NCBI RefSeq assembly: GCF_006345805.1
Contig: NW_021834546.1
Location: forward strand, 1 to 49,200
Reading direction: 5' to 3'
DNA length: 49,200 nt
Source of the DNA: Octopus sinensis
Lineage: Eukaryota
This document shows, piece by piece, positions 35,220 through 47,228 of this stretch. The notes beneath the pieces were generated by a model. It did not search any database. It had not been told where the DNA came from and worked only from the letters and a program-made list of their open reading frames with translations. A program made the position numbers and the translations under genes. Each line of letters begins with the position of its first letter. The first letter of the stretch is position 1.

Positions 35220-38200
35220 CCCAAGTATACAATTTTAGGGTCACAACCATCAATGTTGGTACAATGAAGAAGAGATCTAATGAAATTATCAAAATGAAAG
35301 ATCATCACGATGTCGATGTATGTGATGTGCAAGAAGTGAGATGGAAGGGGGCTTCTGCTTAATTCCCCACAGGTAAGAAACAGAGGTTCAAATTCTGGGT
35401 AGGCAGGAGTGATGGAGTGGGTGATGTGAGCATACTCTTAGTAGAAAAGTGGGTAGATAAGGTAATTGAGGTAGTCAGACTATGTGATAGGGTTATTAAG
35501 TTGAGACTTATCATAGATAGATTAGCAGTTACATTTATCTCTGCCTATACTCCACAGGTTGGGCTGGCTGATGACCAGAATGACCAATTCTATGAGGTCC
35601 TTCTGCAGACTGCCTCAACAACAAATGACAGAGAATTAGTTATTGTGGTTGGTGACTTTAATGGACATGTTGGGTAGCATTCTCATGGATTCCATGGTGT
35701 GCATGGTGGTTATGATTTTGGCCCCAGGAATGAGGAAGGAACAAGGCTACTGGTGTTCTGTAATGCAAATGATCTCATGACCTGCAAACCTAACTTCAGA
35801 AAATCAGCCAGCCACCTATCACTTATTAGTCTGGTGGGAACATAAGCTAGGTCAATTACCTCCTCACCAGGTAATGAGATAGGCTGATGCTCACAAATGT
35901 GAAGTCTTTACCAGGGAAAAAGTGTACACCCCAACATAGGCTACTAGTTAGTGACTTCAGAATTAGGGCTATGAAGACTCGGAGAAATAAACCATATTGG
36001 AAAATAAGATTATGGAAGCTCAAAGACCCAGCAAACAAACAAAATTTAGAGACATTCTCCTGAAAGCCTCTGAATATAGAGGAGGAAGGGATATATAGCT
36101 TAGAGGACAACTAGAAGTTCCTGTGGGACAATTTACTGGGGCCACTGACCAAATCTGAGGTCAGTGCAAAGTCCCAGCTAGGCTGAGGGTGACATGGTAG
36201 TGGAACAAGAAGGTGGACAGCACTATAAAAGCAAAGAGACAGGCCTGGAAAGATTGGAAAAATGGTGGAAGGAGAGCATTATATCAGGGAGCCAGAAGGG
36301 AAGCTAGGTGACAGGTTTACCTATCAAAAGAATAGCAGAAGGTAAAAGATTTTCCAATGTTCTACAGCATAAGGAACAGAGGCAATGAGATGGATTACAA
36401 AGTAGTGTCTCAGAAAGAATAGAGATTTGGTGAGTGAGAAATGTGTGTGAATGGATAATGTTATGTTTGCATCTAGTGACACAGAGAAGACAGATGCATG
36501 GAGATGCCATTATGAAAGGTTATTAAATGTGGAGAATGATTGGGAGGAAAGTCTTTCAAATATTGAACCAATTGAGGGACCAGCTGTCAGAGTTGATAGC
36601 AGTATACTCTAGATAAGGCAATTAAGGATGTGAAGGCTGGGAAAGCCCCAGGACCATTGGGTATCACTGCTGAGATGCTTAAAATATCCGGTAGTGTATG
36701 ATACAGACTAGTCACTCGTATGGTTAATCAGGTTATTTATGAAAGCATCATTTCCAAAGACTGGTGTAGTAGTATTATAGTTAACTGCTACAAGTGTAAA
36801 GGTAATGCTTTAGATAGAAACAACTACAGAGGTATCAAACTACTGGAACAGGTCATGAAATTTAGAGACAGTTATAGTTCAATTGATTAGAAATAGAATT
36901 AAACTAAATGAGATGCAGTTAGGTTTTGTTCCTGGGAGAAGTACCATAGATGCCATCTTCCTAGTGAGACAGTTGCAAGAAAAGTATTCGGCTAAAAGTA
37001 AACCATTGTACTTAGCTTTGGTTGACCTGGAGAAAACTGGTGGTCTCTAAGGAATCTAGGAGTAGAGGAGTGGCTTGTTAGAGCAGTACAAGCCATGTAG
37101 AGCGGTGCTGTCAGTAAAGTGAGAGTCGGCCTTGAATACAGTGATAAATTATGTGTACAAGTTGGAGTTCACCAGGGATCAGTTCTTAGTCCACTCTTAT
37201 TCATCAGAGTTCTCCAGGCCATAACAGAGGTATTCAAAACTGGATGCCCATGGAAACTGCTATATGTTGATGATCTTGCTATTATTGCAGAACTAGAGAA
37301 GTTCCAGACATGGAAGCAAAACCTGGAATCAAAAGGCCTTAAAGTTAACCTAGCAAAGACTAAAGCTGTTAGCAAGAAAGCAGGTAAGATTCTATTTCCA
37401 TCAGGTAATTGGCTCTGCTCAATATATAGGAAAGGAGTGGGAAGTAATTCCATTTGCTGCATCCTGTGTAAGCTATGGATGCATAAGAGATGCAATGGAA
37501 TCACAGGTAGGTCAACAGACGAGGTTGTTTTCGTGTATGGCAGATGTGCAGAAACATGTGACTTAGACTCTCTCAAATGGCCAGGAGGCTCTTTTGAGGT
37601 AGTAGATTGTTTCTGCTACTTAGGTGATCAAATTAGTAACCATGGTGGATGCTCTGAAAGTATTGTTTCTAGAATAAGAATAGGATGGAGGAAATTCTGA
37701 GAGCTACTACCTCTGTTGGCAACAAAAGGATTTTCTTTCAGAGAGAAAAATAGATTGTATGATGCTGGTGTATGAACGACTATACTCCATGGTAGTGAGA
37801 CATGGACTCTGAATGCGGAGGACATGTGTAGACTGGAGAGGAATGAAGGCAGTATGCTCCATTGGATTTGCAACATCAGTGTGCATAACTAATAAAGCAC
37901 AACTATGTTAAAAGAAAAGTTAGGCTTAAGAGGAATTAAATGTGGCATGCTGGAGAGGAGAATGTGTTGGTTTGGACATGTGATGCGTATGAGTAAAAAC
38001 AGCTGCATACAGAAGTGCCTGTCACTAAAAGAGGATGGAACTTGTGGAAGAGGGAGACCCAGGAAGACGTGGGATGAAGTGATGAGGACAAATCTCAGGA
38101 AGTTAGAGCTCATGTCTGGCAATATGAGGTTCAAGAGAAGACCCATCCACGTCAGCGAAACTGAGTGCTAGAAGCATTGTGCTCCACCCACATGTAGCAA

Positions 38201-38480
38201 TAAACTTTTCACACACCCTACCCCAAGAAACCAAACTACATCTCTTCTAAATTGCATCTTTCTCTTCCTCACATTTCTCGTCATACACTATGATTGTCTC
38301 CCACTCCCCTTCCCTGCCCTCACTGCCCTGCTCAATGTATCGCTGCTTTCCCCCCACTCCATTTTACACTCAAGTTTTCACCAGTCGCTGCAATCCCCAC
38401 TTCCTACTTGCACCTACATGGCCAGCTCCTCTCAACAGTCCTACTAATGCATGCATGGAAGTTGGACGTTAAACGATGAT
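35220..38480 (+). mobile_element. Near full-length decayed RTE-clade LINE
   Basis: INVGTMK, QEVRWKG, SAYTPQVG, GDFNGHVG; GKAPG, NYRGIKLL, VGVHQGSVLSPLLF, YVDD, PHD-like insert, GRGRPRKTW; GAT-type tail near 38475. Confidence 0.88.
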
Positions 38481-38573
38481 AATAACGTAATTTTCACTAT
38501 GGTGAGACATGTTTTGTTGGTAATTTTCAAAAATTAATTTTGTGACAAAATCAAATCTAAGATACTAACTTAC

Positions 38574-38816
38574 CTGTTTGTTTCTCTCTGCTTTCATTTT
38601 CAACATTTTCTTGATCCAGTTGTTTAGCTGCACCTATATGGATGTTATCATCAACCACACAATCTTCTTCAGGCTGTGAATTTTCTAATTTTGATATTTC
38701 TTCTAGATGTGGTTTTCTATCACATTCTAAACCACAACTGATTTTGTTAGAAACCTCAGAACCTGTCTTCGACACTATCTCATTCAAAAATGTTTTACAA
38801 AATGGTGATCCAGGTT
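38574..38816 (-). CDS. Host-gene exon, phase 1-1, 243 nt (EPGSPFCKTFLNEIV...ENESREKQT)
   Basis: Strong acceptor CTTTCTTCATGACTTCTTTCCAG, consensus donor CAG|GTAAGT, 80 open codons, no TE motif recognised. Confidence 0.65.
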
Positions 38817-38853
38817 CTGGAAAGAAGTCATGAAGAAAGTCAAAAAAGATATA

Positions 38854-38908
<55 letters not shown>

Positions 38909-39072
38909 ATATAATGTTAGGTATATTTGCCATCTCAATATGGCTAACCACAAGGGTGGGTGTTACTGTAGCCCCAGGAGAACATCTTCTCCAGCTGGCT
39001 TTAGGCACACTTTCTGCACCCTATCGGTATTTGCAAAGGGAGGTCATCCTTCCCTCGTCAACCTAAGTGATA

Positions 39073-39117
39073 CGCACGGACTGCAGTTTCTCGGTACTGA
39101 CCCGTCATCAGCGCACG
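39073..39117 (-). ncRNA. Minimal hammerhead motif (third family)
   Basis: CGTGCG-CTGATGA-CGGGTCAGTACCGA-GAAAC-TGCA-GTC-CGTGCG; 6-bp stem I with two G.U pairs, palindromic ACTGCAGT; stem II base non-canonical. Confidence 0.6.
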
Positions 39118-39407
39118 ACAATCACCGGTTTTTGATGAAAGGAGTCCCAATGCAAATATTTATATCCTTTTTCCAGTAACTTTTCGTCACTGATCTTGAA
39201 AAAGTGTATACAAGCAATAATAAATCTCTGAACGAGGTATAAACAGTAACTGCATGACAATGTGAGGTATATTTGCCACCTCAATATGGCTAACCACTAA
39301 GGGTGGGTGTTACTGTAGCTTGTAGCCCCAGGAGAACATCTCCTCCAGCTGGAAAAAGGATATAAATATTTGCATTGGGACTCCTTTCATCGAAAACCGG
39401 TGATTGT

Positions 39408-39452
39408 CGTGTGCTGATGACGGGTCAATACCTAGAAACTGCAGTCCGTGCA
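39408..39452 (+). ncRNA. Minimal hammerhead motif, inverted copy of 39073-39117
   Basis: CGTGTG-CTGATGA-CGGGTCAATACCTA-GAAAC-TGCA-GTC-CGTGCA. Confidence 0.55.
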
Positions 39453-39678
39453 TATCACTTAGGTTGACGAGGGAAGGATGTCCTACCTTTGCAAATACTG
39501 ATAGGGCACAGAAAGTGTGCCTATAGCCAGCTGGAGAAGATGTTCTCCTGGGGCTACAAGCCTACAGTAACACCCACCCTTAGTGGTTAGCCATATTGAG
39601 ATGGCAAATATACCTCACATTGTCGTGCAGTTACTGTTTATATCTCGTTCAGAGATTTATATATATATATATATATAT

Positions 39679-41558
39679 CAATACCTAGCCAAAGATAAGC
39701 CCCTGTACCTGGCTTTTGTTGACATGGAGAAAGCCTTTGACAGGGTCCCCTGATCCCTTATCTGGTGGTCAATGAGAAAACTAGGGATAGATGAATGGTT
39801 AGTGAGAGCTGTGCAAGCCATGTACAGAGACGCTGTAAGTAAGGTGAGGGTTGGCAACGAGTACAGTGAAGAATTCCGGGTAGAGGTTGGGGTCCACCAA
39901 GGTTCAGTCCTCAGTCCCCTCCTATTTATCATAGTCCTCCTGGCAATAACGGAGGAATTCAAGACAGGATGCTCCTGGGAGCTCCTCTATGCTGATGACC
40001 TTGCTCTAATTGCTGAGTCACTATCAGAACTGGAGGAGAAGTTTCAGGTGTGGAAACAAGGATTAAAATCGAAGGGCCTTAGAATCAACCTAGCCAAAAC
40101 CAAAGTCCTAATAAGTAGGAAGGTAGACCAATCACAAACGACTTCAGGTAGATGGCCCTGCTCGATCTGTAAAAAAGGTGTAGGTAGAAACTCTATAAGG
40201 TGCACCAAGTGTAAGCTATGGACACATAAGAGGTGCAGCAATGTCAAAGGAAGGCTAACTAGGAAAATAGTTTTTGTCTGTGGCAGATGCTCAGGTGTAA
40301 TAAACACTGGAAATGTGCAGAGACCAACTTCTGCCACGTTCCAGGGAGACAAACTAGAAGTAGTTGATAGCTTCCGCTACCTAGGTGACCAAGTCTGAAA
40401 GTGTGCTGAAAGTGTAACTGCTAGAGTAAGAATAGCCTGGGCAAAGTTTAGAGAGCTCTTACCCCTGCTGGTGACAAAAGGCCTCTCGCTCAGAGTAAAA
40501 GGCAGACTGTATGATGCATGTGTACGTACAGCCATGCTACATGGTAGTGAAATATGGGCCGTGACTGCTGAGGATATGCGTAAGCTCGCAAGAAATGAAG
40601 CCAGTATGCTCCAATGGATGTGTAATGTCAGTGTTCATAATCAACAGAGTGTAAGTACCTTGAGAGAAAAGTTGAACCTAAGAAGCATCAGTTGTGGTGT
40701 GCAAGATAGACGTTTGCGCTGGTATGGTCATGTGACAAGAATGGCTGAAGATAGTTGTGTGCAAAAGTGCTACACCCTAGCAGTTGAGGGAACCTGTGGA
40801 AGAGGTAGACCCAGGAAAACCTGGGACGAGGTGGTGAAGCATGACCTTCGAACTTTAGGTCTCACCAAGGAAATGACTAGAGACCGAGACCTATGGAAGT
40901 ATGCTGTGCGTGAGAAGACCCGGCAAGACTAGTGAGGCCATAACCCGTGGCCTCTACCTGGTATGTAGCCAGTCGACTTATACGTACCTTTCCTTCTTGG
41001 GACACAAAACTCCACTTGTGAAGACCCGTTGAGGCAAGTGAAAATCAAATCAAATCAGATATCAGAAAGCAGAACCAAAATCGAAGTCGATCAACATCAG
41101 CTGTGATACCAGTGCCGGTGACAAGTAAGCGAACCATCCGATTGTGGCTGTTGCCAACGCTGCCCCGACTGGCCTCCGTGCCGGTGGCACGTAAAAAGCA
41201 CCATCTGTTCGTGGCCGTTGCCAGCGCCGCCCCGACTGGCCTCCGTGCCGATGGCACGTAAAAGCACCATCCGTTTGTGTCCGTTGCCAGCCTCGCCTGG
41301 CCCCCGTGCCGGTGGCACGTAAAAGCACCATCCGTTCGTGGCCGTTTGCCAGCACCGTATGGCACCTGTGCGGGTGGCACGTAAAAAGCACCCACTACAC
41401 TCGCGGAGTGGTTGGCGTTAGGAAGGGCATCCAGCCATAGAAACACTGCCAGATCAGACTGGGCCTGATGCAGCCTTCTGGCTTCACAGACCCCAGTTGA
41501 ACCGCCCAACCAATGCTAGCATGGAAAGCGGATGCTAAATGATGATGATGATGATGAT
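39679..41558 (+). mobile_element. 5'-truncated RTE LINE, younger subfamily, complete 3' UTR
   Basis: DMEKAFDRV, VGVHQGSVLSP, YADD, PHD-like insert, YLGDQ, GRGRPRKTW, tandem UTR repeats, (GAT)n tail. Confidence 0.92.
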
Positions 41559-41650
41559 ATAGTTAATCCAAACAAGAAAGCACAAAAAAAACACAACACG
41601 AGGACTTGGAACAAATATAGTATTATTGGACGCTCAGGAAAGAAGGAGGG

Positions 41651-41683
41651 TTTAACGTTTCGAGTGGAGCTCTTCGTCGGAAA
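41651..41683 (-). ncRNA. Minimal hammerhead-like motif with U4C change
   Basis: TTT-CCGACGA-A-GAG(ctcca)CTC-GAAACGTT-AAA. Confidence 0.45.
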
Positions 41684-42120
41684 CATAGGAGAAGGAAAGA
41701 TCCAGAGAAGGGAAGACAGAGGAAAAAAGATCGCCAACGGTACACACGAGGTCACATTTTGATATATATACACACACATATACACACACACACACATATA
41801 TATACGTACACATATATATCTAAAATAGAGAAAAACATAACAAGAAATACAAGTAACTTTTCTTTTAAATAATTAATTTGAAAACAATTTTGTAGAGGCA
41901 GCATATTGTTGATTGTATAGATTTTAGCACTAATATGAAAAATGAATAAAAACATAAAAAAGAAACAAAAAGACCTTTAAAGATGAAAGTCAAAGACAAC
42001 TGTGCTATGATTCAAACACTAAAATATCCAATAAACTGCTCTCCTAACTTGGTAATCTCACTCTCTCAGCGAAAACAGTAAACCATATATTTGCAAAAGT
42101 TTACTAAATCCTGTGTTTAC

Positions 42121-42190
42121 CTCTGCAATAATTCTGGGAAATTTACTTAACCTCATATAGAGATCAAGGTAAGAATACTTGAATTCACAG
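42121..42190 (-). CDS. Candidate host-gene exon (xCEFKYSYLDLYMRLSKFPRIIAE)
   Basis: Acceptor TTTTCATCTACAG, donor GAG|GTAAAC, only one open frame (phase 2 to 0); linkage to other exons not shown. Confidence 0.3.
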
Positions 42191-43450
42191 CTGTAGATGA
42201 AAAGAATGAAATTAATACTTGAAAGAAGCATCTTTCTAAAACTGTAATCAACTTTACATTAAGTTGAGCTTGTAATATAATTGAATACTGACCGAATTGT
42301 ATTACCAAGTATGGTAAAATTATGTAGTACTGTCTCATTTCTTAAATCCTTGTCTGATTTTTCCTAGTTACATGTGTGGGAAGCAAAAAAGTTCAGTAAT
42401 ATTAAAAAGAAATAAAATTATTGTTCATAGAATTCAACATCACGATCATCAATATCTATACTGCCATATAACACTTTCACCAAAATAATTGGATCCCAAA
42501 TCTGTCCACTCTTTTAAACCTTCCAATACCACTTCAGAATGCACGCACACACACAGAGAGAGATAGAGTATTATATTCAAATAACATCACAATAATCTGG
42601 TTAGTAAGGGACACAATTTGTTGCAGTAGTAATCTCCAACTCTCATACTCCTTGGCAATATTTGTACAACCATCCCCAAATGCACCAAGAACACTATATT
42701 TACTACTCTGTTCAGACAAACATAAAAGAACACATATACACAAAAATAGCAGTAGCGTCAATAACTTCATTTATAATAAACACTACTTGGATAAATATCA
42801 GCAAAATGAAGTGCACAGCTGCTTTTGCAACTGTTGCATTCTGATTGAGTCCACTATGGTCATTAGTCTCAGATATGACACTACTAGAGCCTACAAGCAT
42901 AAAAACAGACTTAATGCTGGAAAAAGAATAAATGTCGAAATTTCCACATTGCACTTCAGACCCTTGTATGTCAGAGTATGATCTTCCAACAAAAAAAGAG
43001 ACATAGCAATATCTAGAGAAAAAGAACCTGTGGCTTGCACCTAGTTGTTTGAGAGAATACCCATGTAATCTGAGCTGTGGTTAATAAAGAAAAACAACAT
43101 TAAAATAGGAGTAGAACCTTTTTTGTTTTTTTATCAGTCAGGTAAAATGCAACAGAATTATTTGAGGTCATAGATTTGAAATTATGATCAAGAGCTTACA
43201 ACGGTTGTTCTTATTTCATAATAAATGTTTGGAAATATTAAACAAAAATCTTAAATTTACTGCATGTATCTTTAATTCCATAACACTTTAATTTGATCAG
43301 GAATAATGGATGTTCCTACATCAATTTCCAGTGCATTTAGGAATTTATAAAATAAATAACAAAGTGGTACATACAAAGGAATTAGAGTATGTTAACACCT
43401 GTAACAAGATGAGAGTTTCATGAACACTTGAGGGGTGTCTGGTCTTATCT

Positions 43451-43859
43451 TGTCACATACAAGTCGAAGAAAAGGAACCAAAAATCCGGCTGTCTTCAAT
43501 AACAATAAATAATGCTTTATTCTTCGGGTTCACAGGTAAAATATATACATATATATTTCTTAAGGGCAAACCGGCAGCCAAGTCCACAGGACTGTTTACA
43601 AATGTTCACTCGGGTGAGCCAAGAAGATAAGGTCTCCGTTCCTGCTTCGAAGAGAGCTTCTCTATGTGTAGGATTTTCCCAGAGAGAAGTTTTAGTCACG
43701 TCCACTCGTTAGGGCTGCTCTTCCAAAAAGGACAGATTTAGCGGAGATGCTTTCAGGTTGCAGTTCCTGCGCATGCACATGAGGGAACTTCCAACGGCCT
43801 ACCGGAAGTAATCCAATTCTGCGCATGCGCGCTGAAACTTCCACAGTAGCGTCACTACA
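43451..43859 (-). mobile_element. Probable solo LTR
   Basis: TGTAGTG...TGACA ends on minus strand, about 410 bp, AATAAA at 43516-43521; flanks TATCT/CACCT only partly match. Confidence 0.5.
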
Positions 43860-44454
43860 CACCTGTCATAAAACCTATGTTTACTACTATCACAGAAATT
43901 ATAGCATGTTTACCGTCATCAGAGAATTATATAATGTTTAACAGTCTTATCCTTATAATATACAAGTTATAGTTGCAAATAATTTACAAATGTAGTAGTT
44001 ATGGTTTGTAGCAATAATATTAATTGAGGTTTATCTTTAATAATATCAAATAAAAGAGGTTTAAATAATAATTATGTGAACCAGCAATCTTAATTCAGCA
44101 CATGATTATTATAATACTCTATGCTTTATGTCACACTCATCAATGATCAGCATTGATAAGAGCAAACCAAAACTCCAGCATTTGTCAACTTGGATAAGAC
44201 CTCTGATAGGACATTATGCTCAGTAGTTTGGTGGTTACTAAGAAAACTAGGAGTAGATGAATGGCTTGCTGGCTTGTGAGATCCATACAAGGTGTGAAGA
44301 GAGATATAATATAAGAGTTCTAATGACTTCATCAAGAATTTAACATGCAGATAAGTGATCATCATTGTTCAGTTCTCAGCCCTCTTCTCTTTGTTATATA
44401 CTAGCAGAGATACCAGGTGTTGCTCAGGATTAAAATGGCATAGTTTTTTATTGT

Positions 44455-44640
44455 TTTACTTGCTTACTGCGGCCAGCATGGCACCACCTTTAGTCAAAGA
44501 AATTGACAACAGGATTTATTCTTTGTAAGCATAGTACTTATACTATCTGTGTTTTTAGCATACGGCTAAGTTATAGGGACGTAAACACAGCAACATCGGT
44601 AGTCAAGTAACGGAAGGGGTACAAACACAGACACACAAAC
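44455..44640 (-). mobile_element. 3' half of the SINE family seen at 47229
   Basis: Reverse complement matches 47415-47600 (TAAGTACT..CTTACAAAGAATAA..GACTAAAGGTGGTGC). Confidence 0.6.
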
Positions 44641-44751
44641 ACACACATACATGCATATATATATACACACACACATATATAAATATATATATATACACAA
44701 GTATATATATATACCTACATATATATATATATATATGCGCATGTATATATA

Positions 44752-45048
44752 ACGTGATCATGTGACCGACCAGACCATCAGATGTTGTTACACATCACTG
44801 GTCACAATGCATTCGCATTGTTTCAGCCTTCGAATGACGCCACCCCGCTGGCTAAGCGAGCAGGCCAACAGAAGAAAGAGTGAGAGAAAGTTGTGGTGAA
44901 AGAGTACAGCAGGGATCACCACCCCCTGCCGGAGCCTCGTGGAGCTTTTAGGTGGTTTCGCTCAATAAACACTCACAACGCCCGGTCTGGGAATCGAAAC
45001 CGCGATCATGCTACCGCGAGTCCGCTGCCCTATCCACTAGGCCATTGC
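44752..45048 (-). mobile_element. tRNA-derived SINE (Arg-like head)
   Basis: GCAATGGCCTAGTGG (A box), CTCGCGG loop, GGTTTCGATTCCC (B box), then a non-tRNA body. Confidence 0.8.
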
Positions 45049-45295
45049 ACATGTATATATATATATATGCATGTATATGCGCATGTATATATATATGTAT
45101 GTATATGCGCATGTATATATATATATATATGTATGTATATGCGCATGTATATATATATAATATATATATATATACATGTATATATACACAAGTATATATA
45201 TATATATATATACACACATGTATATATACACAAGTATAAATATATGTATATATATATATGCAGGAATATAAATATACATGTATATATATATATGA

Positions 45296-45341
<46 letters not shown>

Positions 45342-45347
45342 CATATA

Positions 45348-45621
45348 CAAATTAGTAATAAATGGCACAACTAAGTACCGATATTTACTGGAAATAGCGA
45401 ACGTAAAAATACGACGCTAATGTGTAGCTTCACCGCGTATGTATTAGCAAAAATGCGTGTGTGCAACAAAATAGAGAAAAAAAAACGTCTTACCTCCAGG
45501 GAGAACATCTGAAAGATGAAACACCCGGAAAGTGGATAATGTGGTACCTGCAGGTTTCAGGTTTTGCAAGATATGTCTCTTATATATCGGTACTTAGTTG
45601 TGCCATTTATTTACTAATTTG
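45348..45621. mobile_element. MITE with ~37-bp TIRs
   Basis: CAAATTAGTAATAAATGGCACAACTAAGTACCGATAT ... ATATCGGTACTTAGTTGTGCCATTTATTTACTAATTTG. Confidence 0.8.
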
Positions 45622-45711
45622 TGTATTTTTCCCTCACGGGCTACTTTTTACTGGAAGGCAATACTTTGTATTGCATTACTGATATATATACATATATATA
45701 TATATATGTAT

Positions 45712-47215
45712 GTATGTTTGGTTTCGTGCCAGGAAATGCACCACTGGTGCCATATTTCTGGTGAGACAGCTGCAGGAGAAATACCTAGCCAAGGATAAGC
45801 CCCTGTACCTGGCTTTCGTTGACATGGAGAAAGCCTTTGACAGGGTCCCCCGATCCCTTATCTGGTGGCCAATGAGGAAACTAGGGATAGATGAATGGTT
45901 AGTGAGAGCTGTGCAAGCCATGTACAGAGACGCTGTAAGTAAGGTGAGGGTTGGCAACGAGTACACTAAAGAATTCAAAGTAGAGGTAGGTGTCCACCAA
46001 GGTTCAATCCTCAGCACCCTCCAATTTATCATAGTCCTCCAGGCAATAACGGAGGAATTCAAGACAGGATGCCCCTGGGAGCTCCTATATGCTGATGACC
46101 TTGCTCTAATTGCTGAGTCACTATCAGAACTAGAGGCAAAGTTTCAAGTGTGGAGACAAGGATTAGAATCGAAGGGCCTAGCTAAAATCAAAGTCTTAAT
46201 ATGTAGGAAGGCAGGCAAATCACAAATGCCTTCAAGTAGATGGCCCTGCTCGATCTGTAGAAAAGGCGTAGGTAGAAACTTTATAAGATGCACCAAGTGT
46301 AAGCTATGGACACATAAGAGGTGCAGCAATGTCAAAGGAAGGCTAACTGGGAAGATAGTTTTTGTCTGTGGCAGATGCTCAGGAGCAATAAACACTGAAA
46401 ATGGTCAGAGACCAACTTCCGCCACATTCCAGGGAGAAAAACTAGAAGTAGTTGATAGCTTCTGTTACCTAGGTGACCAAGTCAGTAGCGGGCGTGGGTG
46501 TGCTGAAAGTGTAACTGCTAGAGTAAGAATAGCCTGGGCAAAGTTCAGAGAGCTCTTACCTCTGCTGGTGACAAAAGGCCTCTCACTCAGAACAAAAGGC
46601 AGACTGTATGACGCATGTGTATGAACAGCCATGCTACATGGCAGTGAAACATGGGCCGTGACTGCTGGGGATATGCGTAAGCTCGCAAGAAATGAAGCCA
46701 GTATGCTCCGATGGATGTGTAATGTCAGTGTTCATACTCGACAAAGTGTAAGTACCTTGAGAGAAAAGTTGGACCTAAGAAGTATCAGTTGTGGTGTGCA
46801 AGAGAGACGTCTGCACTGGTATGGTCATGTAGCGAGAATGGATGAAGATAGTTGTGTGAAAAAGTGCCACACCCTGGCAGTTGAGGGAACCTATGGAAGA
46901 GGTAGACCCAGGAAAACCTGGGACGAGGTGGTGAAGAACGACCTTCAAACTTTAGGTCTCACCGAGGAAATGACCAGAGACCGAGACCTTTGGAAGAATG
47001 CTGTGCGTGGTAAGACCCAGCAGGACAAGTGAGACCATAACCCGTGGCCTTTACCTGGGACGTAGCCAGCCCACTTATGCATACCGTTCCTTCTTGTGAC
47101 ACAAACCCTACTTGTGAAGACCTGTTGAGACAAGTCAAAATCAAAATCAAAATCGAAATCTTTCAACATCAATGGAAATTGTAGCTGTGATACCAGTGCC
47201 GGTGGCAAGTAAGAG
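45712..47215 (+). mobile_element. RTE LINE copy, truncated at both ends, same subfamily as 39679-41558
   Basis: ORF 45710..46624 with YADD and PHD-like insert, then 46631..47032; 3' UTR stops at the first repeat unit with no GAT tail. Confidence 0.92.
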
Positions 47216-47228
47216 ATATATATATATA

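Larger units (their letters stand above)
38913..39660. mobile_element. Non-autonomous pLTR-like repeat with direct and inverted duplications
   Basis: Block order X Y spacer Z X Y' X' Z'; Y carries a hammerhead motif. Confidence 0.7.

Noticed and set aside
41105-41400. CRISPR-like repeat array (also 31048-31148)
   Set aside because: Eukaryotic context, no cas genes, and the inter-repeat sequences are related to each other rather than unique spacers.
42534-42770. ORF with a loose resemblance to a THADA helix (ESWRLLLQQIV)
   Set aside because: Only a few matching residues, no convincing donor site, and it runs into a microsatellite and stop.
44975-45048. tRNA-Arg-like sequence (also tRNA-like heads at 47229 and 48950)
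   Set aside because: No acceptor-stem closure, and the sequence continues into a SINE body; these are SINE heads, not tRNA genes.
44893-45420. Long YI/HI-repeat ORFs (also 12941-13490 and 29079-29466)
   Set aside because: Translation artefacts of (TA)n/(TATG)n tracts.
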